From Pseudomonadota bacterium (GTDB lineage Bacteria > Pseudomonadota > Gammaproteobacteria > Burkholderiales > JALYOK01), in contig JANOLP010000197.1 of the NCBI GenBank assembly GCA_031419835.1, positions 1-58,812 of the forward strand: 58,812 nt of DNA, given 5' to 3'. Shown here piece by piece: positions 28,647-37,381 of the stretch (positions are counted from its first letter, which is position 1; every line of letters starts with the position of its first letter). Under the pieces are notes generated by a model, which had not been told where the DNA came from, searched no databases, and saw only the letters and a list, made by a program, of their open reading frames with translations. A program made the translations under genes and the position numbers.

Positions 28647-29815
28647 TGCCCTGGCCCTCGAAGTCCGAAAATTAATTCCGGATCGCCCGGCGTCCAAGTG
28701 CCGTCGAATTGCGAACGGCGGCCGATGGCGCGCGTGCGGTCCAATAGCTGCTTGCCCACGGCCAATTGGCCTGGCTGCCATCGTTCTAGTGCCGTGGTGA
28801 CATCGTTGTTGTTTTGTAGGGCCTCGGCGAGTGCCCATGCATCGGACGCGGCCTTAGCCGTACCCGCGGCGGCATGCGGACGCGCAACGAACGCCGCATC
28901 CCCGACTAAACAGATTGGGCCGAATGCCATCCGCGGCACTTCAATGTCGTAGACCACTTGTAAAAACGGCTGCTCCGCCGCACACACTAACGTTGCCATC
29001 GGCGCCGGTAAGCGTGCCTGGGCCACCGCGCGCAACTCGTTTACGTGATGCGCGGCGGCGACGCCCGGTGGCAACGAAATATCACGACGCACGCCGGCGT
29101 TATCGGTAAGTAAATTGTCTAAATCGCTGCCCGCAAGATAGTTTCGATACCAGACGAAATTGAGCAGCCGATCGCCGCGTTTGACCGAACCATTCAAGCC
29201 CGGAATCGGATAGACCAAAATGTGGCTGTTGGCGTAAACAAAATAGGTTATCGCGTTATCGAACACGGTGCGCGTCGCTGCATCTAACTGCGCTTCCGGC
29301 ACCATGCCGCGCCACGCGACATAACCGGCATAGGCCGAGCGCACTTCGGGTAACAAGCGCGCTCGCGCCAACGAGCCGACACCATCAGCCATGACAGCCA
29401 GATCCACGCGTTGGGACATTTGCGCTGCGAAGGCAATTTCGACAACGTTCTCCTGCGCTTCCCATCCGGTCATTTCATAACTGAGGTGGTAATTGTTCGC
29501 GGGGAATCGCGTTAGCAACCGACGATAAATGGTATTCCACGAACTAAAGCGATAGCCGTGCGACGCTTCAAAAAGCACATCGGCGTTGCGATGCAAATAA
29601 CGAATGTACGCAGTGGGGATGCTGATCTCATCGAGCGCGACATCCGCGCGCTCGACCAGATAGCGTTGACTTTCGGGAAGAAAACCGATGCCGGCACCGC
29701 GCTGCGCCAATTCAACCGGCGAGCGCTCATAGATGTCGACATCGATACCGAGATCGCGCAACAGTAGAGCGGCATACAAACCACCGAGGGAACCGCCGAC
29801 TACCGCCGCGCGCAT
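28643..29815 (-). CDS. FAD-dependent aromatic-ring monooxygenase (hydroxylase) family protein
   Basis: N-terminal GGSLGGL dinucleotide fold and C-terminal LVGDAAFVARPHAAAGTAKAASDA motif. Confidence 0.85.
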   Translation of the reverse strand: MRAAVVGGSLGGLYAALLLRDLGIDVDIYERSPVELAQRGAGIGFLPESQRYLVERADVALDEISIPTAYIRYLHRNADVLFEASHGYRFSSWNTIYRRLLTRFPANNYHLSYEMTGWEAQENVVEIAFAAQMSQRVDLAVMADGVGSLARARLLPEVRSAYAGYVAWRGMVPEAQLDAATRTVFDNAITYFVYANSHILVYPIPGLNGSVKRGDRLLNFVWYRNYLAGSDLDNLLTDNAGVRRDISLPPGVAAAHHVNELRAVAQARLPAPMATLVCAAEQPFLQVVYDIEVPRMAFGPICLVGDAAFVARPHAAAGTAKAASDAWALAEALQNNNDVTTALERWQPGQLAVGKQLLDRTRAIGRRSQFDGTWTPGDPELIFGLRGPGQ

Positions 29816-29827
29816 TGTCGCGCAGGC

Positions 29828-30349
29828 TTACGGTTTGCCGAACGTGGCGATCTTGTCGACCGGGCACTCGAACAAGACGCGCCGCTCGTTTTTCGACGGA
29901 TCGCGCAGGCCATAGGGCGCGGGTTGCTGCGTGTATTTGGTCCAAATTTTGTCGAGTTGCTTGGTGACACGCGCGCCTTCCTTCGGATCGTCTTCCAAAA
30001 TCTCGCGCTTGACGGTGCATTTGATGCTAACCCAGTGATACATGTTGGCGGGATTTACCAACAGCAAGGTCAGCTTCGGATTCGCTCGTATCCACTCCAC
30101 TTTTTTGCGATGAGTCGCGACGTTGACCAATACCGTTGAGCCCTCGTAGTCGAACCACATCGGCGTTAAGTTTGGGCGCCCGTCGGAACCCAACACCGCA
30201 AACATCGCTGGGACGGGACCATCCAAAAGCGGCTTGTAGATGGGATCGATATCGTCTAATGAATTGATATTGACATGGCCGCCGACCGAAAACTGATTGG
30301 CTTGCAAACCATTCGCTACATCCAAGAATTTAGCTACTGCAATTGCCAT
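29828..30349 (-). CDS. Pyridoxamine 5'-phosphate oxidase-like split-barrel flavin/deazaflavin-binding protein
   Basis: 173 aa with a PPOX-family pattern (PNLTPMWFDYEGSTVLVNVATHRKKVEWIRANPKLTLLL). Confidence 0.7.
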   Translation of the reverse strand: MAIAVAKFLDVANGLQANQFSVGGHVNINSLDDIDPIYKPLLDGPVPAMFAVLGSDGRPNLTPMWFDYEGSTVLVNVATHRKKVEWIRANPKLTLLLVNPANMYHWVSIKCTVKREILEDDPKEGARVTKQLDKIWTKYTQQPAPYGLRDPSKNERRVLFECPVDKIATFGKP

Positions 30350-30668
30350 GTCTCCCCCTTGTTACAGTTAGGTTTTCAGATAATGTAATCGCGGCGAAAT
30401 CGGTAAACGTGTAATGGTCTGCACCGCGTCACGGTTCGCATGACTTTAGCACGGATAGATACTCCGGTGAAGCGCTGCTGGTGCGAATTGCGCCGGTAGA
30501 AAACGATGTAAGCTCTGATATATTTCGATCTCGTCGCGATACTGTGTTGCTAACGTAAAATGGCTACTTGCATATCACAATTGTGCCGTGTGACAATTTT
30601 TCCTTCGCGCCATGTTTTGCGTAGAAGTCAAAATAAATCAGAGCTTCCCTAAGAAAAGGAATAGTTAA

Positions 30669-31565
30669 ATGTCGATCGGTGTAGTTGGCGTTGGCGCGAT
30701 GGGAATGGGGGTGGTGGGAACGTTGTTGCGCGCTGGACATAAGATCTATGCGCGCGATGTTATTGTCGAGCGTATGCTTCAAGCCGAAACGTTGGGTGCC
30801 ATTCCTTGTGCTTCACCTGCGGCGATGGCGCGGGAAGTGGACGAGATCATTATTCTCGTTGTCAATGCCGCGCAAGTTGAAGAGGTTTTGTTTGGTACGG
30901 AAGGGGCGGCGCCGGCGCTATCAAAGGGGAGCGTCGTGATTCTTAGTAGCACGCTTGCGCCGGATTATGTTGAAGCGCTCGGCCCGCGCTTAGCAGCGCT
31001 GCAACTCAGCCTGTTAGATGCGCCGGTGTCCGGCGGTCCGGCACGTGCAGCCGCAGGGACTACGACCATCATGGTCGCTGGCGAATTGGATGCTTACCAG
31101 CGTTGCGCGCGCCTGCTCGAAAGCATTAGCAGTAAGGTGTTTCATCTTGGCGACGTGCCCGGCACGTCTTCAAAAATGAAACTCGTCAACAATTTGCTCG
31201 CCGGTGTCAATCTTGTCGTGGCGGCGGAAGCAATGGCATTAGCAATCCGCATAGGTTTGGATCCCCAGGCAGTTTTCGACGTGGTTAACGTCAGCTCCGG
31301 CGCCAGTTGGATGTTTCAAGATCGTATGGCGCGGGTGTTAGCTAACGATTATGAACCGAGAGCGGCGCTACCGATTCTGACTAAGGATTTAGGTCTGTTG
31401 CTTGACCTGGCGAAGGATAAAAACTTTCCGGCGCGCCTCGGCGCCGCGGCACATCAGGTATTTTCTTCGGCGTCGCAGTCGAGTTATGGCGCCGAAGACG
31501 ATGCGGCTATCATTAAATTCTACCAAGCTCTAGCGGAAATAAGGCTACCAAAAGGGACGCGATAA
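30669..31565 (+). CDS. NAD(P)-dependent 3-hydroxyisobutyrate dehydrogenase-like oxidoreductase
   Basis: IGVVGVGAMGMG Rossmann motif and LLDAPVSGG, SSKMKLVNNLL segments. Confidence 0.85.
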   Translation: MSIGVVGVGAMGMGVVGTLLRAGHKIYARDVIVERMLQAETLGAIPCASPAAMAREVDEIIILVVNAAQVEEVLFGTEGAAPALSKGSVVILSSTLAPDYVEALGPRLAALQLSLLDAPVSGGPARAAAGTTTIMVAGELDAYQRCARLLESISSKVFHLGDVPGTSSKMKLVNNLLAGVNLVVAAEAMALAIRIGLDPQAVFDVVNVSSGASWMFQDRMARVLANDYEPRAALPILTKDLGLLLDLAKDKNFPARLGAAAHQVFSSASQSSYGAEDDAAIIKFYQALAEIRLPKGTR

Positions 31566-31567
31566 GT

Positions 31568-32653
31568 TCATTGATCGTAGTTCACTACGATACGGTCGCT
31601 GGCCGGATAACTTTGACAGGTCAATATGTAGCCGCGCGCAATTTCGTAATCTTCGAGTGCGAAATTTTGATCCATATCGACATCGCCTTCGATGAGCTTG
31701 GCGCGACAAGTAGAGCACACACCGCTCTTGCAGGCATGAGGCGGTTCGAGGCCTTCGCGCATACTGGCTTCCAATATCGTCTCGATTCTTTTTTTCATTG
31801 TAAAGGTTCGTGCTCGGCCTTCAATGATGATCGTCGCCTCGCAGATTTCGGCATGCTTTGCCGCCGCCTCAATCTCAGCTTTGGGTTTGCGCTTGGCCAT
31901 CTCCGGCGTTGCGAATAATTCAATTTTGATCTGTTGCTGTGTTAATCCGTGGGCTCGCAGTGCGGCGTTGATGGTCATCATCATCGGTTGCGGGCCGCAA
32001 ATAAATGCGCTGTCGACGGTTTTCAGATCGATCCAATGTCTAAACAATAAATCGCATTTTTCCGTGGTCATCATGCCGTTGAATAACTCGACTTCTTGAT
32101 GCTCGCGATTCAAGATGTGAACTAAATTCAGCCGCCCCATGAATTCATTTTTGAGATCTTCTAATTCCTCGCGAAACATGTTGGTGCTCGAGGCTTCGTT
32201 CGCGTAAAACAACGTAAAGCGGCTCTGTGGCTCGGTGAGTAGGGTGGTTTTGAGAATGGCGAAAATCGGTGTAATACCGCTGCCACCGGCGAACGCGACG
32301 TAGTGTTTTTGATTCGCGGCATTCAGCGGGACATAAAAGTGGCCGATCGGCGGCATGACGTCCAATACCTGCCCGGTTTTCAATTCCGTGTTCGCCCACG
32401 TTGAAAATAAACCACCTTGGACTCTTTTAATACCAACCCGCAGTGTGTGATCTTGCACGGCGGAGCAGATCGAATAGGTGCGCCGCACTTCTTCGCTATC
32501 GAGTGCTGTGCGAAACGTCAAGTATTGCCCCTGAATAAATTGGAAAAACGCTTGGTGTTCTTCCTTTGGATCAAGCGTAACGACGACCGAATCGCGAGTT
32601 TCGCGGCGGACATCGGTAACGGTCAATGGATAAAATTGAGCCATCAAATGCAC
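31568..32653 (-). CDS. paaE: 1,2-phenylacetyl-CoA epoxidase reductase subunit
   Basis: FNR-like FAD/NAD domains (RTYSICS, GGSGITP) plus a C-terminal plant-type 2Fe-2S motif CKSGVCSTC...C. Confidence 0.9.
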   Translation of the reverse strand: MHLMAQFYPLTVTDVRRETRDSVVVTLDPKEEHQAFFQFIQGQYLTFRTALDSEEVRRTYSICSAVQDHTLRVGIKRVQGGLFSTWANTELKTGQVLDVMPPIGHFYVPLNAANQKHYVAFAGGSGITPIFAILKTTLLTEPQSRFTLFYANEASSTNMFREELEDLKNEFMGRLNLVHILNREHQEVELFNGMMTTEKCDLLFRHWIDLKTVDSAFICGPQPMMMTINAALRAHGLTQQQIKIELFATPEMAKRKPKAEIEAAAKHAEICEATIIIEGRARTFTMKKRIETILEASMREGLEPPHACKSGVCSTCRAKLIEGDVDMDQNFALEDYEIARGYILTCQSYPASDRIVVNYDQ

Positions 32654-33108
32654 TTAAAATAATCGAAGGGCTCTAAGCATGTATCGCATCGGTATTGCGC
32701 TTTGCAAGGCGTGGAGCCGAATTCGCTTACTTTTGTTACGTCCGGCGAAGCGCATTGTGGGCACGAAATCGTATCGTTGCGCGGGGAGGGTGGCGCAATG
32801 CCGAACTCGCGCAACTTTTGCTTTCCTTGCTCGGAAATCCAATCGGTGGTCCACGCCGGTGCGAGTTGCGTTTCCAGCTTTAAATTGTTTAGTCCGCGTG
32901 ATCGCAGCGCGCTACGAATATCGTCCGCGATGACGGCTGTTGCGGGGCAACCGGAATAGGTAGGCGTGACGCTTACGATGAGTTGATCTTCATTCCAGCG
33001 TACGTCGCGGACGATGCCTAAATCAACCACGGAAATGATCGGAATTTCCGGGTCAGGCACTTCGCGCAGCCATGACCAAATTTCTTCGGTACCGATTTGG
33101 GGCGTCAT
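32644..33108 (-). CDS. paaD: 1,2-phenylacetyl-CoA epoxidase subunit PaaD
   Basis: DUF59-like N-terminus (VPDPEIPIISVVDLGIV) and a C-terminal Cys cluster. Overlaps the paaE start. Confidence 0.85.
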   Translation of the reverse strand: MTPQIGTEEIWSWLREVPDPEIPIISVVDLGIVRDVRWNEDQLIVSVTPTYSGCPATAVIADDIRSALRSRGLNNLKLETQLAPAWTTDWISEQGKQKLREFGIAPPSPRNDTISCPQCASPDVTKVSEFGSTPCKAQYRCDTCLEPFDYFKCI

Positions 33109-33133
33109 TTCATTTTCACAAAGATACCAAACT

Positions 33134-33262
33134 GTCGTTCCCGCGAAGGCGGAAATCCATTCGGCTTTTGCGAGGACATTGTCGATTTATATTGTGATTG
33201 CTAAAATAACAGTTACCGAAAAATCGATACGCCCTATGGATACCCGCCTTCGCGCGGATGAC
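33134..33262. repeat. REP-like inverted hairpin pair inside the paa operon (paaC-paaD spacer)
   Basis: GTCGTTCCCGCGAAGGCGGAAATCCAT (33134-33160) and its inverted partner ATGGATACCCGCCTTCGCGCGGATGAC (33236-33262). Same family as 23573-23739. Confidence 0.75.
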
Positions 33263-33294
33263 ACGATTAGGTGCACGCGAAACTAGACAAACCT

Positions 33295-34044
33295 CTACCA
33301 CGTCGCGTTCGGATAAGCCCGTTGCAAAAATTGCATCTCGGCAAGTAAATAGCCGAGATGTTCGCTGTGCACGCCGCGTTTGCCGCCGCGCTGCGCCCAA
33401 TCATTTTGCGGGATGTTTAGGGTTGCTTCGTCGAAAGTATTCTTGACGATCTGTAGCCATGGCGCGCGCAATTCTTCAAGATCGACGGCTACACCTTGCG
33501 CGATCAAGTCGCGATCGATCGTATCCATTTCGAACAACTCGCCGGTGTAACTCCACAGATCGTCGATGGCTGCTTTCATGCGTTGATGGCTTTCATCGCT
33601 GCCGTCGCCCAGCGTGATCAACCAATCGCGGCTGCGGCGCAAATGGTAATTAACTTCTTTGATGGATTTGGCCGCGATGGCTGCTATTTGCTCGTTGCTA
33701 CTTTTCGTTAGCGCGCCAAGCAACAACTGATGAAACGCATCGAAGAAAAATTGCCGCGTAATCGTGTGAGCGAAATCGCCATTCGGTTGCTCGACTAAGA
33801 GAACGTTTCGATACTCCCCGGCATCGCGTAGATACACGAGCTTGTCCGCGTCGCGGCCATCGTTCGCGACTTCCGCCGCGAGGCTGAGCCATAGCTGTGC
33901 TTGGCCGAGTAAATCCAGCGCAGTATTGCCGATAGCGAGTTCTTCTTCGATTGCCGGTGCGTGGCCGACTAGCTCGGATAAGCGATGACCGAGAATGAGA
34001 TCGGTATCGCCCAGGCGCAGCAAATAGTCGAACAACGCACTCAC
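33295..34044 (-). CDS. paaC: 1,2-phenylacetyl-CoA epoxidase subunit PaaC
   Basis: 249-aa ferritin-like protein in the position after paaB. GTG start overlaps the paaB stop (GTGA). Confidence 0.9.
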   Translation of the reverse strand: MSALFDYLLRLGDTDLILGHRLSELVGHAPAIEEELAIGNTALDLLGQAQLWLSLAAEVANDGRDADKLVYLRDAGEYRNVLLVEQPNGDFAHTITRQFFFDAFHQLLLGALTKSSNEQIAAIAAKSIKEVNYHLRRSRDWLITLGDGSDESHQRMKAAIDDLWSYTGELFEMDTIDRDLIAQGVAVDLEELRAPWLQIVKNTFDEATLNIPQNDWAQRGGKRGVHSEHLGYLLAEMQFLQRAYPNATW

Positions 34045-34322
34045 ATATGGCCCACTTCTTCAGGGACTTCGTAGAAAGTCGGATGACGATAGACTTTATT
34101 GTTGGCCGGCTCGAACAGCGGCTCTTTATCGCCGGGGGAACTTGCGGCGATGTCGCTTGAACGCGCCACCCAAATGCTCACGCCTTCGTTACGCCGAGTG
34201 TAAACATCGCGCGCGTTGCAAATCGCCATCTCGGCATCGGCAGCATGTAGGCTACCGACGTGGCGGTGAGCGAGGCCGTTGCTACTGCGGATGAAAACTT
34301 CCCATAGGGGCCATTCTTGCAT
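34041..34322 (-). CDS. paaB: 1,2-phenylacetyl-CoA epoxidase subunit PaaB
   Basis: MQEWPLWEVFIRS...HVGSLHAADAEMA pattern. ATG 34322 preferred over 34364, which lies inside the repeat. Confidence 0.9.
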   Translation of the reverse strand: MQEWPLWEVFIRSSNGLAHRHVGSLHAADAEMAICNARDVYTRRNEGVSIWVARSSDIAASSPGDKEPLFEPANNKVYRHPTFYEVPEEVGHM

Positions 34323-34365
34323 CTTTGCTTCCACGGTCAATAGATGGCGCGCCGGTGATGGCAAA

Positions 34366-34460
34366 CTCCTTCCCCTTCAAGGGGAAGGTTGGGATGGGGA
34401 TGGGTTTCGATACGGTCGAAAAACCCATCCCCACCTAACCTCCCCTTGAAGGGGAGGAAC
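34366..34460. repeat. Long G/C-tract hairpin element in the paaA-paaB spacer
   Basis: Left arm 34366-34406 and right arm 34421-34460 are inverted copies. Each arm contains a CCCCTT(C/G)AAGGGG mini-palindrome and a GGGATGGGGATGGG tract. Confidence 0.8.
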
Positions 34461-34500
34461 CAATTCGCGGCACTCCTTAGGTTCATGTATTCGAATAGCG

Positions 34501-35484
34501 TTACGTCGCTTTCGCGCGAGCGGCTTTCTTTTTCGCGTGAACCAGTGCCGCTTCGCGGACCCAGGCGCCTTCGTCGTAAGCGCGTTTACGCGTCGCGACG
34601 CGTTCGCGATTGCAAGGGCCGTTGCCTTTGATGACTTGAAAAAATTCGTTCCAGTCAATTGCGCCGAAATCGAAGTGGCCGCGTGCTTCGTTCCATTTGC
34701 GGTCGACATCAGGAACTTTGAGGTTGAGAAACTCCGCTTGCTTCGAAGCTTCGTCGACGAACTTCTGCCGCAATTCGTCATTGCTATTGAGTTTAATTTT
34801 CCACTGCATCGATTGCGCACTGTGCACACTGGCATCGTCCGGCGGGCCGAACATCATCACTGTCGGCCACCACCAACGATTCAGCGCATCTTGCGCCATG
34901 GCTTTTTGTGCGGCATTGCCGCGTGCAAGCGTCAACATGATGTCGAAACCTTGGCGCTGATGAAAACTTTCTTCCTTGCACACGCGCACCATCGCTCGCG
35001 CGTACGGGCCATACGAACAACGCTGCAGTGGCACTTGATTCATGATCGCGGCGCCGTCGACCAGCCAGCCAATCGCGCCGATATCGGCCCAGGTGAGCGT
35101 CGGATAATTAAAGATGCTGGAGTACTTTGCTTTGCCGTTGTGCAATGCTTCGATCAATTCGCCGCGCGACACGCCAAGCGTTTCTGCGGCGCAATAAATA
35201 TACAAACCGTGGCCGGCTTCGTCTTGCACTTTCGCCAGTAGGATTGCCTTGCGTTTCAGCGTTGGCGCGCGCGTGATCCAATTGCCTTCCGGCAACATGC
35301 CGATAATTTCCGAATGGGCGTGTTGCGAGATTTGTCGGATTAATGTCTTACGATATTCCTCGGGCATCCAGTCTTTCGGCTCGATGCGAATGTCGGCATC
35401 GATTCGTGCCTGAAACGCGCGTTCGTCGTCGCTCAGCTCTTCGAGCGGTCGGACTTTGCTGGTCTCGACGATTTGCGCGTACAT
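34501..35484 (-). CDS. paaA: 1,2-phenylacetyl-CoA epoxidase catalytic subunit
   Basis: 327-aa di-iron oxygenase pattern (QHAHSEIIG...DEAGHG...[10 protein letters not shown]). Confidence 0.95.
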   Translation of the reverse strand: MYAQIVETSKVRPLEELSDDERAFQARIDADIRIEPKDWMPEEYRKTLIRQISQHAHSEIIGMLPEGNWITRAPTLKRKAILLAKVQDEAGHGLYIYCAAETLGVSRGELIEALHNGKAKYSSIFNYPTLTWADIGAIGWLVDGAAIMNQVPLQRCSYGPYARAMVRVCKEESFHQRQGFDIMLTLARGNAAQKAMAQDALNRWWWPTVMMFGPPDDASVHSAQSMQWKIKLNSNDELRQKFVDEASKQAEFLNLKVPDVDRKWNEARGHFDFGAIDWNEFFQVIKGNGPCNRERVATRKRAYDEGAWVREAALVHAKKKAARAKAT

Positions 35485-35487
35485 AAA

Positions 35488-35952
35488 CTATTTCGCTTCC
35501 GGGGCGGGGTTCACGACGTTCGTTCCACTTGGGCCGATGCCGCTAATTTGCACGATGACTTCTTCATCCTTCGCGCCATCGTAGTGAACTTTCCCCGGCG
35601 TGTGGATGGCAAATCCACCGACTTTTACCGGTGTCGTTTTTTCCGGGTCGAGCACATCGCCCTCGCCGGCCCACCAAGTGCCTTGCAGCACCGTGACGAA
35701 ACGCGCTTCTGGATGCCAGTGGGGTCGGCTCATGGTGCCGGGCGCAAACTTCGCCCGAATCGTGTAGGGCCCGGCTTCACGTGGATTGCCTGCGATGACG
35801 ACAAACTTCACACCCGGTAGCCCCGGATAATCTTGCCACTTCAGCTCGTCGGTCTGTTGAATCGTAATCGTGTCCGACGCCGCATGTGCGACACTTATCG
35901 CAGCCACCAAACAGGTTGCAATAATTAGGTTTAACCAATTTTTCATCTTCAC
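35488..35952 (-). CDS. Exported cupin-domain protein
   Basis: Signal peptide MKMKNWLNLIIATCLVAAISVAHA and cupin His motif (HWHPE...H). Stop lies 3 nt before the paaA start. Confidence 0.75.
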   Translation of the reverse strand: MKMKNWLNLIIATCLVAAISVAHAASDTITIQQTDELKWQDYPGLPGVKFVVIAGNPREAGPYTIRAKFAPGTMSRPHWHPEARFVTVLQGTWWAGEGDVLDPEKTTPVKVGGFAIHTPGKVHYDGAKDEEVIVQISGIGPSGTNVVNPAPEAK

Positions 35953-36110
35953 TCCTTTGCGATTTTGAACTAACCGTGATTTTACATGAGAGCGCGCGAC
36001 GCGCGGCGAACATCCAGTGGCGAAACTAAGTGTGCCTGGAGAGCCGCGCCGACATTGCCTCGCAGACTATGCCATGCCAAGAGGCAAGCGGGAAGCGCCT
36101 GCTGGCGCGG

Positions 36111-36554
36111 CTATCGAAAACCTTGCGATTCAAGCATCACCGCCATCGGCGTGATGCTCGATGAAAGCCGGAAGCCGGGCGAACTTTCAATCGCGTGAAC
36201 GAATGCCTCCAACGATTGCCAATCGGTAGACACCGTGTTGAGCGGCGCAACGTCGGCATAACGGCTTGGCTCAAACATCAGCGTAATTCCCACCAGCCAA
36301 TCGGGCTCGGAAATACCTGTGCTAATTCGTCGATGTAATCCAAACTTGAATCCCGTGACACAGCCCTCCGACCAGCCACCATAGCGAAACAACATCGTGT
36401 CTGTCGGCGAACTGTGCGCTACGCCCTCGATCGGAACCATGCGAAACCAATCAACCATCAAACTGACCATCGGATCGACACGCAGGTGTTCGACATCAAC
36501 GGCGCGTTTGTTAAGAAACGTTTGCAGGGACGCGACAACGGTACTATCGCTCAT
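36111..36554 (-). CDS. Hypothetical protein (orphan, 147 aa)
   Basis: Clean ORF with an ATG start and no recognisable motifs. Flanked on both sides by non-coding DNA. Confidence 0.5.
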   Translation of the reverse strand: MSDSTVVASLQTFLNKRAVDVEHLRVDPMVSLMVDWFRMVPIEGVAHSSPTDTMLFRYGGWSEGCVTGFKFGLHRRISTGISEPDWLVGITLMFEPSRYADVAPLNTVSTDWQSLEAFVHAIESSPGFRLSSSITPMAVMLESQGFR

Positions 36555-36743
36555 GTCTGGCGGATTTCCTATTTGGCGGTGAACTAATATCTTACGCTAT
36601 CTTCAAGAGGATACGGTCAGCGTGAAGACTGTGCAATCGCACCCACTCGGTAAGCATCCCCCACCCAACAAAACGAATATTTAAGTACATGTCAGCCCGA
36701 TTCAGTACCCTCAACTGCCGTTTCTCGGTTAATTGCTGGTGGA

Positions 36744-37331
36744 TTAGTAGGGAATAGAAATTCCCGCGGCAATCAACATTGTCGTCAACTCGATCAAAGG
36801 CAAACCAATCAGCGCGTTTGGATCGTCACCGCGAATGTATTCAATCAGCGCAATTCCGAGCCCTTCGCTTTTCGCGCTGCCCGCGCAATCGTAGGGCGTT
36901 TCGGCCAAGAGATAGCGCTCGATTTGCGGCGGGGAAAGAGTGCGAAATTTGACTTCGATGCTGACAATTTTGCTCTGAATTCTATTTGCTCCGCTATCCA
37001 ACAAACATAGTGCCGTATGGAAGAGAACGGCATTGCCACTGGCGGCGGTGAGTTGTTTAACGGCGTTATCGTGATTTCCAGGCTTGCCGATGGCTTGGCC
37101 ATGGAGGACTGCAACTTGATCCGAGCCGATGATGAGTGCATCGGGGAATCGCTGCGAGAGCGCGCGCGCTTTTTGCTCGGCTAAGCGCAGCGCCGTTTGT
37201 GGCGGCGCTTCGTCCGGAAGCGGCGATTCGTCGATATCCGGGCTGACGGAGCTGAATGGCAATCGGAGCCGCTGTAGCAGTTGTTGACGATAAATTGATG
37301 AGGATGCGAGGATTAAAGGTTTGTTTTTCAA
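36744..37331 (-). CDS. Maf-like nucleoside triphosphate pyrophosphatase
   Basis: [14 protein letters not shown]...GSDQV...[16 protein letters not shown] Maf pattern. Divergent from yceD as in E. coli (yceF). Confidence 0.9.
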   Translation of the reverse strand: MKNKPLILASSSIYRQQLLQRLRLPFSSVSPDIDESPLPDEAPPQTALRLAEQKARALSQRFPDALIIGSDQVAVLHGQAIGKPGNHDNAVKQLTAASGNAVLFHTALCLLDSGANRIQSKIVSIEVKFRTLSPPQIERYLLAETPYDCAGSAKSEGLGIALIEYIRGDDPNALIGLPLIELTTMLIAAGISIPY

Positions 37332-37381
37332 TGCAAAAATCCTTTGACAGGGCGTCCTGTAAATACTATCATGCGCGCCTT

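Noticed and set aside
30560-30600. CACAATTGTG palindrome and nearby TGTGACAATT in the PPOX/dehydrogenase divergent spacer as a possible operator.
   Set aside because: It is a single short AT-rich palindrome with no adjacent regulator gene and no second copy. This is too weak to call.
31563-31570. Convergent dehydrogenase and paaE stop codons only 2 nt apart with no terminator.
   Set aside because: Tight convergent gene ends are common in compact bacterial genomes, and nothing else is unusual at the junction.
34537-35241. Long ORFs antisense to, or out of frame with, well-supported genes. Examples: 34537-35241 (+) over paaA, 54227-54916 (+) over srkA, 53289-53939 (-) over alkA/ogt, 20702-21247 (-) over mutL, 23896-24456 (+) over thiolase, 15327-15869 (-) over GH57, and 23091-23651 (+) over the 4-TM gene.
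   Set aside because: Each overlaps a gene with clear family motifs. Their translations are Arg/Ala/Pro-rich low-complexity sequence typical of GC-rich antisense frames, and they have no start context or motifs.
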